Assembly: GCF_036971445.1 (NCBI RefSeq)
Contig: NC_091472.1
Coordinates: forward strand, 36,766,001 to 36,830,000
Direction: 5' to 3'
Length of the DNA stretch: 64,000 bases
Source of the DNA: Narcine bancroftii
Taxonomy: Eukaryota
The notes beneath the pieces were generated by a model. It was not told the DNA's origin. It searched no databases and worked only from the letters and a program-made list of their open reading frames with translations. Below are positions 24,900 through 38,672 of the stretch, in pieces; the first letter of the stretch is position 1; each line of letters starts with the position of its first letter. Both the position numbers and the translations under genes were made by a program.

Positions 24900-25916
24900 A
24901 AAAAATTGATCAAACAGCAACGTGCAGCATAAAGGAAGTGGTGTCAATTACAATTGTATTGGAAGAGATTGTGAAAGGACGTCCTGTTCGTTCGACCTTT
25001 GCCAGAAACAATGAAATTTGACTCTGGAATATAAATAGAGAGACGAGTTTAAAATGCTTCGTGCTCATTTGGTGACAGTGATGCTGTGCATACGAAGTAC
25101 AACAGACCTTTTGCCTCTGCAGCCAAGCTCCAGACCATTTTCCCAACGGGGTCACAGGAGTGTCGATCATCTGACATTCTGGTGGGAACGAACTGAATGT
25201 TTATGAGATGCATAAATGATTGGATTATATAGTAGCCTAATTTAGAGAATCTGTAGCGGCCGACGAACATTAAACACGCAATGTTAGACGGAATGTGGGA
25301 GTTTACATTTGGGTGAAGATGGTTTGTTCATGTTGACTCTTGAACATGGACTGCGAACTGGAGAAGTTTCTTTACTGACAATGCAAAGTTTTGTGGAGTT
25401 TTTTAATCCACCACCTTTTGAAATGGGGGGGAAAAAACCCCAACTTTTCGTCCATACTTCAGTTATCTCCTCAATTCCAGGAGAATCCGATAGTTCTGCA
25501 GTATTGACAACATTTGGTGTTGGACATGGAATGGGGATCATCGACAGATAGAGGGGAAGAGCTCAAGGAGTTGATGCTCCACCTAAAATTGTCTAACTAT
25601 TGATCTTGCAACGTTGGTCGGATTTCTGTTGTGAGGAAATGTGAGCGATGCGATGACTTTGGCGGGCGCTAGGACCGCGGTGAAGCGCTGCCCCGAGCGG
25701 GAAATGACGATCTAGGCCGTGATGAAAGCCTGGGCCTTGCTTGCACCCGTGTCAGTCGTGACGGTTCGAGTGGCTCAGTTTCATCATGAAGCGGCTGTGA
25801 TCGGGAGTGACCGTGGAACTTGTTTCCTCAAAGCAGTGTTTTGTTTTCTTCTCCGTTTGGGATGGTGAACGCAACTCGTATTGGGATCCAGAATTAATCA
25901 TTTAAAAGGCCCTGAG
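24900..25916 (+). promoter_or_regulatory. CpG-rich non-repetitive block; candidate non-coding (alternative) first exon/promoter of PPM1B
   Basis: Dense CpGs at 25600-25880 against a CpG-depleted background; no TE protein motif recognised; donor-like CCTGAG|GTAGGG at 25916/25917. Confidence 0.45.
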
Positions 25917-26547
25917 GTAGGGAGCCGGAGCAAAAAAGAAAAGCCAAAAAGAAATCCGAAATTGGAAGAATGTCCAGGGGAAATGGGTTGCACTGGGAGG
26001 GGGGAGAAGCGGAGAAACTGGGCATTAAATGGGTGAGGGGGTGGCTGGAGAGGGGTTGGGACGACGAATGGTTTGAGAGGTGTTGCTTTTTTTTTATGTT
26101 TTAAATGAGCAGATTGTGTCCGTGAGGATGTGACCATATTCAAAAAACTTAATATGACCCAAGAATTCACAAGGGACAAAATCTCCAACGTGATGCAAGT
26201 TAATAGAAAGCTCTGCTTACAATTCATCAAATCAATTTTATACATTTGTTCGTTTACTTTTTGAGGTTGTGTTCCTAAATTTCTGTACGTAAGATTAATA
26301 TTAAAATTTAGCTGTTTTCCAAAATATTTCAGTTTAATCAGGAAGAAACCAATGAGGAAACAAAGATTTAGTCTGCTTCATTCCTCCCAGAAATATAATT
26401 ATGCTAAAAATATAAACCAGAATCAATTTGAGAATAAATCAGGTAATTGAAGTAAAATCACAAAGTGATTTTGTGTTTGAACCTGACACAGACCTGAAGT
26501 GGTTTTGGACTTGAGATTTTCACTTTCATGTTTTTAGTCTATTGTAT

Positions 26548-29500
26548 TGTAGCGGTGCGCAACTCAGTCATGACAAACTGGCCCCACTTGTTATGCGTGG
26601 TCAGCGGGACAGTCGCGACAAAGATGGCAATATGTATCTGTCTCTTCGGCTCCAGAATGGAATTGCTGTACGTGCTTGTGTCAGCGTGATAGCGAGCATG
26701 CAACATTTGAATAAACACTCTGCTATGACACTTGAGCTAACAGTCTGCATTTCCAGTCTGTCCCACCACTCTTGCACAGTACACTACAATGGTGACCCTG
26801 ATGAGTCTCCACAACCTGAAGACTCAACCGAATGGACCCTGGAGCAGTTGGCGCCGTAGTGTTGAAGCCTCCGACCTTCTGGACCAACCGGCCCTGCACG
26901 GTGTGGCCAAGCAGAGGCCCAGTTCCAAATCAAGCTGATCACTTCTGACTCCACGAAATACTTCTGCGTCATTAGTTTACTCGACCAGGAGGCCACTGCC
27001 TGTGTGGATGATCTAATTCAAGCTCCACCTGAGGAGGGTAAATAGACAGCGTTTAAAACCCTTCTTATCAGCACCTACAGCCTATCCTGATGTGCCAGAG
27101 CAGCCAGACTCTTACACTTAGACAGTCTTGGAGACAGAATGCCATCCACATTAATAGACAAAATGCTCACGCTCACCGATGCCAACTTCAGCGACCTGTG
27201 CTGAAGACTGATATTCTCTACTGCACTCTACAAAGTGGTTCACCAGCCTGCAACACAAGTCCACCCCTAAACTCACCCCCTAATAAAGCACCGTAGCAAT
27301 TGACAGAGCCAGGCCCCCACAGACCAATGCTTATGCTTCTACCACCAGCATTGGGGAGCTGGGGCACGCAAATGTCATCAACCCTGCTCGTTTCAGGGAA
27401 ACGAGGAGGCCAGCCGCTGTTAGTGGCTGTGGTGCTGCCGACAGTACAGCTTGCTCCCTGTATGGGATGGCATCTTGGGCCGCAGGTTCCTTGTCGACAC
27501 GGGAGCTAAGATGAGTGTCACTCTACCCACTTCCCTGGAGACGCGCACAAGACCATACGGCCTCACTCTACGAGCAGCTAACATCTTCACCATTGCAACG
27601 TTTGGTCACAAAGGCCCACTCCTAAGTTTTGGATAAACAAACTTTAACTGGAAATTCACCTTGGCGGCAGTAGACAAGCCACTTCTGGGCACAGACTTTT
27701 CTTGGGCACACTCTTTACTGGTAGACCTGAAAGGCAAGCGTCAGGTTCACGCAGAGACATTCAAAACAGTCCTCCTCTGGCACATTGAATGAACCAGCCA
27801 CCCACTGGCATGGTGGGGAGCACTGAGAACCATTACACCCATCTGCTCACCAACTTCCCTGCCATACTCCACTCAAAGTTCTCCTCTACACAGCCGCCAC
27901 ACAGCGTCCAGCACCACGTCGTGACCAATGGTCCCCCATTCACTCATGAGCCTGCATGCTGGCGCCGGACAAGCTCACATTGGCCAAAGAGAAGTTCATG
28001 CACATGGAAGAGTTGGGCATCGTCTGCAGATACGACAGCCCACGGTCTTCATCTCTCCATATGATACCTAAGGCCAATGGGAGGTGGCGACCTGGCGGCA
28101 ACTACCACTGCTTAAATGAAACTACAGCCCTGGACTGATAACCAGGATTTCACTGCTAACCTCAATAGCGCCCAGCTCTACTCAGAGGTTGACCACATTC
28201 CGGCGATGTCATTAGATACCAGTACACCCGGATGACGTGCAGAAGACAGCCATTATCACCCCGTTCGGCCTCTTCGAATTCCTCAGAATGCCCTTCAGCC
28301 AGAAGAACACCATGCAGATGTTCCAGTAAATTCAGTATGGCGTGACCTCCCGTTCCTATTCATTTACCTGGATGACATCCTGGTCGCAAGCAGCACACCG
28401 GAGGAACACCTGGTCCACCTCTGATGTATTTTTGCTTGCCTGGCTCATTTTGGCCTCATGATCAACTCTGTGAAGTGCCAGTTTGGCAACAAAAAGATTG
28501 ATTTCCTGAGACACTGCATCACCGCAAATGGAGCGGTACCTCTCCCTGACAAGGTGGGCCCCATCTGCCAGTTCCCCAGGCCAGACACACTTAAAGGCCT
28601 ATAGGAGTTCGTGGGGATGGTCATCTTTTATAACCGGTTCATTCCAAACTCAATGGCCGTTGTGCACCCTCTTTTCGACCTGATGACCAATTCCACCAAA
28701 GGTCTCCATTGGACCAAAGACCACCACAGCCTTTTCCGCTACCAAGAAAGCCCTGGCTGGTTCCATCATACTTGTGCACCCACAGATGGATGCACTGACA
28801 GCTGATGTATCCAGCACAGTGGTGGGCGTAGTCCTCAAGCAATGGGTGGAGGACACCTGCTTTCTTCAGCTGACACCTACACCCACTGGAACGCAAATAC
28901 AGCACGTTCGCCAGGGAGCTGCTTGCCCTATAAGTCACCATCTGCCATTTTCGATACTTTCTGGAGGACTGAGCTTTCACCATTTACACAGACCACAAAC
29001 TGTTGGCCTTGACCTTCACTAAGGTCTCCGACCCATGGTCCGCCTGCCAACAGAGGCACCTGTCGTACATCTCAGAGTGCATCACCTCCAATCGTCATCT
29101 CTCAGGCAAACACAATATCGTCACAGGTGCCCTTTCAAGACTGGACGTATGCTCACTCTCGCAGGGTATCGACTTCCACGCGTTGGCCCGGGCCCATCAG
29201 ACCCGGAGATGAACTGTTTCCGCATGGCCGTCACTGATCTCCACCTACAGGACCTGCCCTTGGACAACGGCACCACTACCATCCTCTGACACCTCCACAG
29301 GCAGCTCTTGCCCAGTGGTACCAGCGCAAAAGGTAGTTTTCAACCTCCTACAAGGTTTGTCGCACCCCTCCATCTGTTCCAAGGTTCAGATGATTTCCAC
29401 CCACTTCGTCTGGCACGGCCTTCACAAAAAGATCTCAGAATGGGTGCAGCCTGCCCAGATTGCAAGTGCAAACCCACACCGAGACCCCGTACAGCAGTTC

Positions 29501-30617
29501 GAGCCGTCCTCACGCTGTTTCCAGCATGTCCATGTGGATATTGTCAGACCACTGCCTGTCTCGTGGGGTTACCACTATCTCCTCACAATGGTAGATCAAT
29601 AAATCTGCTGGCCAGAGGCGACACCCACCTGACGTTACCATAGACAATTGCGTGGGAGCTTTTCTGTCCATCTGGGTCTCCCATTTCGGCATCCCCTCCC
29701 ACATCACCACTGACTGGGGTGCACAGTTCATATCCTCATCGTGGACTGAATTGTCCAAATTCCTGGGAAACACAGCTCCATCACACGACTGTTGGAGTGG
29801 TTCCATCGGCACCTCAAATCTGCCCTCATGGCATGCCTCAAGGGTCCAACCTGTTCGGACCAGCTACCCTGGGTGCTCCTGGGGATCCGTACTGCCCCTA
29901 AGGCTGACTTGCATGCTTTCACTGCTGAGTTGCTCTATGGGCAAGCCCCTCACTGTCCCAGGACAGTTCCTGCCCCCTCCCACCAATCTGGCCCAAGTCA
30001 GAAGCCACACTAGCACGTGTCTGGGAGAAACTGGGCTCCCTGGCACCCCACCACCACCCTACCCTCACAGCATGGTCAGCCCCCCCACCACTCATGTTCC
30101 CTGCAATTTAATATCTTGTGCTTATATCTTTGTGTGCAGGAGTGGACACAGAGCACCTTTATAGCGTCCTTACGAGGGACCCTACAGAGTGACCTCCACT
30201 TTTACCTTTGATATCGGGGCAGAGTGGAAGACTGCTTACTCAGATGAGAGACAGCCGGTCTAAGTACAGAATCCAGCATGCAGAGGCAGGCCTCCAAAGC
30301 ATCAGGATGGCACCGGTGCCAGTTCTTTGCGGGGTGGGGGGGTTATGTAGCGGCGCACAACTCTGTCATGATGAACCTGCTCCACTTGTTACATGTGGTC
30401 AACGGGGCAGTCGCGACAAAGATGGCGACATGTACCCATCTCTTCCACTCCAGAATGGAAGTTGGCATGTGCGCGTGTGACGCAAGTAGCGGGGTTGTAC
30501 ACATGATCTGACTGCCAGCCTGATAAGTGAGCGAAGCTTGAATAAACACTGCTGTTACACTCAAGCTAACAGCCTGCATCTCCAGTCTGTTTCACCGCTC
30601 TCACACAGCACACTACA
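26548..30617 (+). mobile_element. Gypsy LTR retrotransposon, structurally complete but degenerate
   Basis: LTRs 26548-26788 and 30346-30617 (TG...CA); TSD GTAT; PBS TGGTGACCCTGATG (tRNA-Trp type, CpG-decayed); PPT 30331-30342. Gag LKPPTFW..QAEAQF, protease FLVDTGA, RT IYLDDILVAS, integrase FQHVHVDIV / ITTDWGAQF, PYEGPYRV. Confidence 0.96.
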
Positions 30618-31859
30618 GTATTGTCATTGAATGTTTAAGGCCCACTGTCATGGGAAGTGGGTAACTTGTTCTTAAAAGATCCCATCATGCTCCAATGAAT
30701 TGCTGAAATTCACCAGTGGCTTCCAATTTATTTGTTGTGGTAAGAATGCTGAAGGGTAGAAATTATTTAATCTTTAGAGCAACTTTTTCCTCAAAAAGGT
30801 TCAATAATCATCAAATAAAATTGAAACCAAACTCCCCCCCCCCCCCCCCCCCAGCAAGATCTGCGTGTAGCATTGAAAGAACTGTATATTTTGAGTTGTT
30901 GCATGACTGGGGAAGCTTTTATTACCTCTCTGGGAGAATTCTCATTTCAAAGAATACCACTTTTGTTGACATGAACAGACAACGAGAAATTGACTGAATG
31001 TAGTAATCAAAAATTGCAACACTGACATTTCATTGTGATGTAATACCAATGGTTTTATGAGTTTGGATAAGGCATGCAGCTTCTAATACATGACCAAAGG
31101 TATCATAGCATGTTTCAAAAAGAAAATTAATAAAATATTATAAATGCTTTAGTTTCTTCAAAATATAGCGAAACCTGTGAATTATTGATAAGAGCAATAA
31201 AATAATGGTTTGGCAGCTGAATTTTTTGATGGAAAAGTATATTTAAAAATACTTCATTCTTCTATGTAGAAGCTGTTTGGCGATATTGGTTAAGAGGGAT
31301 GAAAGGGATCCCACCTCCAGATGGACTTGATGTTTCTGACAGTTTAGAAGTTGTCAACATTTGATTTGAACTCGTAGCGTGTACAAATGCAGAAATAAAA
31401 TCAAGCATATAGCAAAGGTAGGATGGTTGAATGGGAGAATTTTTTCTCCTTAATATCGATTAATATTGCCAAGCTTGTGTCTATTGATGTGAAAAGGGTA
31501 ACTCTCTGCAACATGTCCCAACACCATCAAGGGGAACAAACTATTTGAAATTTTGTTTAAATTTTTTGGATAATGAACATTTAGTGAGTGTTCCATAAGT
31601 AAGTGGCACTTATAGAATAGCCAGGTTGCATACTAGAAAGTTCATTGCTTTTTTTTGGGAAAATGAAAATAAATAGCATGCGTTATATCCAGGCTGTGAA
31701 TTTAAGTTGACAAAACTATTAAGCACAGTACCGATTCCATTTATTATCTTGGAGTTTGCCAAATATTTAAATCATCTGTCATAATTGCTGACAACTTAGT
31801 CCCACAAAGAATTGAATTAAACATGAAAATCGTTAGACGCTGGGATTGTAGTGTAGTAC

Positions 31860-32327
31860 ACAAGTGCTGGAGAAACTCAACAGTCATGCGGTGTCCCAGG
31901 ATAGGAAGCCTTTGTGCAGTTTCCACTGAGTCACCCTTGTGCACAACTCCTCCCCAGGGATCAGAGTGTTCTTCCTTCAGCTGGAAATGGGTTGCTTTCT
32001 GCTGTCCCTTTTCCACTGGTTTTATCAGCATGCTGACGCCAGGGATACGTGTAGGGGTTGAGGTGGTTAATCCCCAGCACGAAATGACATCATTTGACGC
32101 AGACAGTTTTTTTCCCCACTAGTGCCTGTCGCGGTTAATTCCTGGGACAAGGTGCCAGTAGAAAAAGGGCTCTTAAAAAGCTAATTTTGGGGTTGAGCCT
32201 TTTGTCAAGGTATGGACAACTAACATTGCGTGCCTAAGCCCTAGGAATCACATAGACAAAGGGCTCAGGTCTGAATTGTTGGTTATCCTCGACTTCTCAC
32301 AGATGCTGCATGATCTGCTGAGTTTTT
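31860..32327. mobile_element. Inverted Penelope-type terminal repeats with an inserted non-autonomous DNA element (~31890-32171)
   Basis: GCTGGAGAAACTCA at 31866; decayed hammerhead cores on - (32185-32212) and + (32251-32282). The insert matches the element at 63777-64000 and ends GCCAGTAGAAAAAGGGC. Confidence 0.6.
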
Positions 32328-33120
32328 GATTCAGATTTATTATCAAAGTATGTACATGACATCACAAAAAACCCTGAGAATCTTTTTCCTGCAGGCGAGG
32401 CAGAATTACCACTTACTAGCAGTGCAAAAATAAACTGACACCAGGCACACATGTAAACAGGTAAAGAAATGTAAACAAACTTGTGCAATGCAGAGAGAGA
32501 GTAAAAATCAATAAATTGCAAAAATAAGAGTCCTTAAATAAATCCCTGATTGAATTTGTTGTTGAGGAGTCTGATAGTGAGAGGGTAGCAGCTATTCCTG
32601 AATCTAGTGGTGTGAATTTTGTGGCACCTATATGTCTTTCCTGATAGTAGCAGTGAGAACAGAGCATGTGCTGGGTGGTGTGGATCCTCGATGATTGCTG
32701 CTACTCTCTTATGGCAGCTTTCCCTGTAGATGTTCTTGATGGTGGGGAGGGTTCTACGCATGAAGTCCTGATCTGTGTCCACTACCTTTTGGAGGGCTTT
32801 TTGCTTGGGGCCATTGATGTCCCCATATCAGACCATGATGCAGCCGGTCAGCACACTTTCTACTACACATGGGGAAATTTGCTAGGGTTCCCAATGTCAT
32901 ACAAACTTCCTCAAACTCATAAGTATAGACGCTGACGTGCTTTCTTCAAGATGCTGTTCGTGTGTTGTGTTCAGGAAAGGTACTCCGAGATAGTGATTCC
33001 CAAGAACTTAAATTTGTTCACCCTCTCTATCTGATTCCCCAATGATCACTGGATTGTAAACTTCTGGTTTTCCCTTCCTGAAGTCAACAATCAGCTCCTT
33101 GATTTTGGTGACATTGAACG
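32328..33120 (-). mobile_element. Rex1/Babar-type LINE 3' part
   Basis: NVTKIKELIVDFRK and IIEDPHHPAHALFSLLLSGK...RFRNSCYPLTIRLLN; (TCTGAA)-type tail. Confidence 0.8.
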
Positions 33121-33122
33121 TC

Positions 33123-34380
33123 GAACATAGAACATTACAGCATAGTAGAGACCCTTCGGCCCTTGATGTGCCAATGCGTGTATTCCTTAAAAAATGTACT
33201 AAATCCTCCTTACCCCGTAACTCCATTTTTCTTCCATCCATGTGCCCAAGAGTCTTTTAAATGCTCCTAATGTTTCAGCCTCCACCACTATCCCTGGCAA
33301 GGCATTTCAGGCACCCACAGCTCTGTGTTTATATATTTTTTAAAAACTATTCCTGATGTCTCTCCTAAACTAAACCTTTCACTTTGTACATGTTTTCCGG
33401 TGTTTGCTATTCCTGTCCTGGGAAAAAGGTGCTGGCTCTCCACCCAATTTATGCCTCTCAATTTTGTAGACCTTTAAGTGTCTTCTCAGCCTTCCATGCT
33501 TGAAAGAGAAAAATCCCAGCTCTGTTACCTCATAAGACTTATTTTCCAATCCAAGCAGCATCCTGGTAAATCTCTTCTGCACCCTCTCCATAGCTTCCAC
33601 ATCATTTCAACCATAATTGCACACAATACTCACAAGTATTGTCTCACCAGAGATTTGAGGAGTTGCCATATCACCTCTGATCTCTTGAACATAATTCCTC
33701 TATTAATGAAGCCTAACACCCCCTAGGCCTTCTTAACTATCCTATCAACCTGTGTGGTGACCTTGAGGGATATATGGATTTGGAGCCCAAGGTCCTTTTG
33801 TTCCTCCAAACTCTGAAGTAACTGTCAATTAACTCTGCACTCAGCCTTCTGGTTTGTCTGAAAATTCAACACCTCACTCTTATCCAGAATGAACTTTATT
33901 TGCCACTTTTCCACTCAACTATGCATCCTGCCCATATCTTTTTGTAACCTATGACAACCTTTAACACCATCCACAACTCGACCAACCTTCTGCCTCTTCA
34001 TCCAGGTCATTTATAAAGATCACAATGAGCTGGGGTCCCAGAACTGCAGAACTCCACCGGTCACTGACCTTCAGGTAGAATACTTTCCTTCCATTGCTAC
34101 TCTCTGCTTTCTACATGCAGGCCAATTGTTTTTCTCCACAGCCAAGGTTCCATGGGTCCCGTGTCTCATGATTTTCAGGAGTTTCTCATGGGGTATCTTG
34201 CCAAATGCCTTACTAAAATCTATATATATCTACTACTCTACTATCCACAGTTTTTAACTTCTCAAAATTCAGATCGTGAGGCATGACCTTCCCTTCACAA
34301 AGCCATGCTGACTGTTCTTGAGTAGACTGCACTTCTCCAAATGCTCATAGATCCTATCCTTGAGAATCCTACTGATGCAA
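33123..34380 (-). mobile_element. CR1 LINE 3' part
   Basis: MERVQKRFTRMLLGL (33379-33600); AGAACATAGAAC tail. Confidence 0.87.
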
Positions 34381-34403
34381 GAACCACTGTATTTTCAAGG
34401 TTT

Positions 34404-36000
34404 TGTACCAAGTTGCTACAGCAGAGAGTGGAAGAACAACATGCATTCAATGTGGTTATAGATTTTGCACTTTCTGCCCCTGCTATATAGGTTCAGTTTT
34501 ATCAGCAGAAATGACTTCAATGGCATTCTGGTCTCTAGTTGATGTTCCCATCATGCGGGCAGTCGACCAAAGAGAGGTCATTAGCCTGTGCAGGCCTTGT
34601 ATGATCGCTGCATTTGACCACCATTTTCTGTGTTGGGCCACTACATGATCCCCCCCTCCCAAAAAAAAAGAACCGGCGATCCAAGTATTGTCTTTTGCCT
34701 TTGGCAACCTGCCCCTGCATTGCAAAGCCAGTGTAGTAACCAGCTGGCTGATGTCTGTGTGCTGGCTTGAGGCAGTCGAAAGTGAAAGTCTCTTACTGCT
34801 AATATCCAGTGTGCATATGTGTCTGGTTATTCATATGACCATTGCGGAGGCGAGTGGTGTGCTCCCCGTCTTACAAAGACGTATTTACATGTCTTTAAGT
34901 CCTTGGGGATGAATGTCTTCGTTTGGCTGTGTGGCAAGGGCTATACTGGGGTTAAGGTGCCTAGCTGCTCCCTTAGGTGCTGCTGATGGTTCTTCAGGGT
35001 CCTTGGCAGCAGCCAAGAACTCCCTGTTATGACCAATAGTGTGCCATGCACCATTTCTGCCACCGAGACATTGAAATCCTCCTTTGATGCTGTGCGGATA
35101 CCCAGGAGGACCCACGGTAGCTCATCTGTCCTTGAGCTGAGTCATCAGAGCTGCCTTCAGGTGTCTGTGGAACCACTCCGCCAACCGACTGTTAGCCACG
35201 GTGTTTCCCTGAAACGGGGGTTGGGGAGGCAGCATCGACGAGCCTCCATACCCCATCTCTGATGGTAGAAGCAGTACTGATTGGTGGGGGAGTCCACTTG
35301 CCTTTCTGACGGTTGTTGTAGCCTTGGCGTTCTCTGCATGCGTGGTCTAGTGACCTTTCCACCACGGAGCTGCCACTCCTTTCGGTCTCCAGAGCACGAC
35401 TGCCTGAGTGGTGACTTTCCTGGAGTCGCTGAAGTGCTTGTTGGTGAGCAGCAGTCAGATATCCTCAGGCAGCTGTTCCAGAAAAAACAGCTTAAAAAGA
35501 GGCAAGGCTTATTCTTCTCAACCAAGGTCACCATGTCACTCATGAGGATGGATGGGACTCTGTCCCCTAGGCCGTCCATGTGCAACAGTTGGTTAGCACA
35601 CTCACACCATGAGAATCCGAAAGTTTGGGTTAAAAGCTCTTTGAGGGCCTCATATTTGCCTTGTTTTGGAGGCTGCCACAGGAAATTGACAACTTGTGCT
35701 GCTGTGTCCTGGTTGAGCGAGCTCGCCACATGGTAGTAGTGCATGGTGCTGGTGGAGATCTGTTGGAACTGGGACTGGGCTTTGGCCTGGTTGAACCACA
35801 CCAGTGGCTGCACTATCCAGAATGTCAGCAGTTTCAAGAGTTGACTGGTTGGTTATCTTCTGGTCCAAATGGCATTTGGACCAGTCAGGGTCACCAATGT
35901 TGTGAGTTGCTTCAGCAGAGAGTGGAAGAATGACATACACTCGATGCAGTTATAGACAAGACTAGTTTATTGCACTTTCTACCCATGCTTATGTCGGTGG
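34404..36000 (-). mobile_element. Internally deleted Gypsy element (gag joined to integrase C-terminus)
   Basis: 3' LTR 34404-34645 with PPT; truncated 5' LTR from 35898; PBS TGGTGACCCTGAC; gag ORF 35157-35837 (LKLLTFW..WFNQAKAQ..CFYHQRWG). Confidence 0.88.
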
Positions 36001-36009
36001 AAGTGACAT

Positions 36010-36590
36010 TAGTGCCATTCCGGTTGCTGAGGCCCTTCTGGTATGACCTCTGTGACACCCTAACCAAGATCATGGGAGTCGCCTTCCTAGTGGACCCAGA
36101 GCTTTGTCTTCTGGGGAACTTTACCACATTTGGTAGATCACTAAATAATTCTCATATTAAATTCACAGAAATTGCCTTGTGTGTGGCCAGGAAGTGCATA
36201 GCAGTAACATGGAAGATGGTCTTTGGAGATGAATAGCTGGATCTACTTGCAAAGGTTACATACAATCTCAGGAAGAAATATACACCTTCCTAAAAATCTG
36301 GCAGCCTTATTTAGAGCATATAGATATCTCACTAGCACCAATATAGGGTTACGATTGCTATTGGCTAGACAATAGACCTCTGTAAAGATTTTAACAGTGT
36401 GGTATTATCATGCCTTCATGTGTTTTACTGTATGCACTGCCAATGGGATGCTTTTTTTGTTTCTTCTTTCTGTTTAATAGGACTTGCATAAAGGGGTAGG
36501 GTTCTCTTGATGTTTTGTATTTGGTATGATTGCAAAAAAAATAGTGTGACGCTGTGAACACATAAATAAGCACTTGCTATTAAAAACCAA
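36010..36590 (+). mobile_element. L1 ORF2 3' relic
   Basis: FWYDLCDTLTKI...IALCVARKCIAVTWK...KIWQPYL. Confidence 0.8.
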
Positions 36591-38672
36591 GTCAGGAAGC
36601 ATCCGTGTAAAATTAAATGAGCAATTAATTTGAACAACTTTCATCACAACTGTTTACATTCTGTCATATATATTTTCAAATGCCACATTTTAATTAAAAC
36701 TATTTGCTATTTACAGGCAAAGATATGTTATTAAAATTGGAATGGTCGTCACTTGCTTACATCTGATCTTGGCACCATGAACTTTGCAAATTTTGCTTTT
36801 TATTTAAACATGTTTTTTGCTTCTACTCTTTCCCCTAATTGATTGTTCATATTTTTTCCATATTTTATTCTTTACTGTTCCACTCAATTTGATTTTGTGC
36901 TGGCTAATTATTAGGTTTTCTTCATTTCTTAATCTATTTCTGCCTTCTTGTCTTGTTTTTTGTCTTGCTATTTTTTACCTGATATTTCCTGCTTTACCAC
37001 AATGTTTTTTTTTTAAAAAGTAAATGCAGGTACCTAGCTGATGGCAACCCTTCTGTTTCCTGCCCAAGGTCTCTCTGCACTAAACAAGGGCTATTAAATG
37101 TGTTATTGCCAGAGTCCATTACAGTGAGCTCTAACTTTGTGTTCATCTGGTATTGGCTGTTTGTTGATCTGGAAATAGAAGCATTTATTTATCTTTCTTT
37201 GGCCCTAGGAGCAATAATGTTAATCATATTGCACACTTTTTGGCCCAACTTGGAATTATGAATCCATTGACAGAATCTCACGTTGCACACATTCAGCTTG
37301 TTTCTTACAATGTTTGTGAAAAAGATAATGTTGATGTAATATTACAGATATTGTGGCATTGATCCTTGTGTGAGCATATAATTTGGAAAGTTGTTGAGAA
37401 ATTTTGGGCCATGCATTATCTGGAGTGCAAATAGGAAAGATTTGGAGCCCTAAACTCTCTGGACATTTGACTTATTCTGAGTCAATTTTAAATGAAGTGG
37501 GCATCTATCAATCCAGAGTATTGCAGCCTAAAATATATAAACATGTATATTTCTCATATTTTTAAGCCTTTATTTGCTGATAAAATATTCAACCAGATTC
37601 TCGCTGAGGAAGGATGCAACGGAATAGCAGATGAATAAGCAACAGACAAACATGCTCATAATAAAATTCAGCCAACTCTGTTTCCTCTGTCAAAAAAAAC
37701 TGACCACATTTCCACTGATCTTTTGTGGTTTGGAGTAAGCTGTGGAAAATACTTAACCCTTGTCTAGTGTTCGTCTAGCAAGCAGCACATGACGAAGGTA
37801 TTGCCTTTGAGCTGTTCGTGCTTCAGAACTTGAAAGTGTGATATCACATCCAATATATCATCTCTCTTGTATTTGCTTCTCTTTGAATCATGGACTTTTT
37901 GTATGTCTGATTTATATTTTGCTTGGTAGTCAAACTTGTCAGCAGAAATGTGAAGTTGACAATGTGTAACAAATGACTAAGGTATGGCACGTTTTATTGA
38001 TCTTTTTATCTTAAAATAGGTAAATGAATTCCTATTTTAGCATTACAGGTGGTTACAATACAGGAACAAGACTTATGACTGACCCTTCATTTATGCACAG
38101 AAAAAACAAATTAATTAACATTTGATATTACTAATTTAAATTTAAATATAATGCAAATATGGAAACCTGACCCTCTTAACATGAAAGAAAAGACTCCTTT
38201 AACACATGAATGGATATATGGAATGTTTGTAAGGCAAATTGTGATTTATTTTTCCATAAATGTGATAACTGGCAATAAACATCTTCACATGAGGCAGCAA
38301 AGGCTTTCTTGGTGGTGTAGAAATTCTTTAACGATTGGACAGTATAGAACTCTATGTCGAGGAAGGAAGTGGACAATATATACTGTACAGAATGTTTCAT
38401 AATGTTCAAAAATGTTACTTAAATTGAACAGAACTGTAATCGGTAATCTATCCAGACATTTTAAGGAGAAATTACTGAAAACCTGAAAAAGCAATTGGTC
38501 TTATGAAGTTTAAACAAAGTCATGCAGTTCTGATAAGCAGATTTTTGTTTGTCCTAATTGTTATATTTTTAGGCAATTAGAATAAGCATTCTTGCTTCAT
38601 TTGCTACTTATGTATAATGTTCAAATTGCCGTAATTTGGAAACAAAGGTATAAATTGCATAAATGATTTATG

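Noticed and set aside
25284-25551. 80-85-aa ORFs on both strands of the CpG block as a coding gene
   Set aside because: No recognisable homology or exon structure; length compatible with chance.
25700-25800. GTGATGAAAG and ATGACGA motifs as a hammerhead or C/D snoRNA
   Set aside because: No CUGANGA-stem-GAAA geometry and no convincing D box with a terminal stem.
32534-32782. Apparent ALKBH8-N/DUF1891-like host gene piece
   Set aside because: It is the C-terminal part of a Rex1/Babar LINE ORF, followed by the LINE tail.
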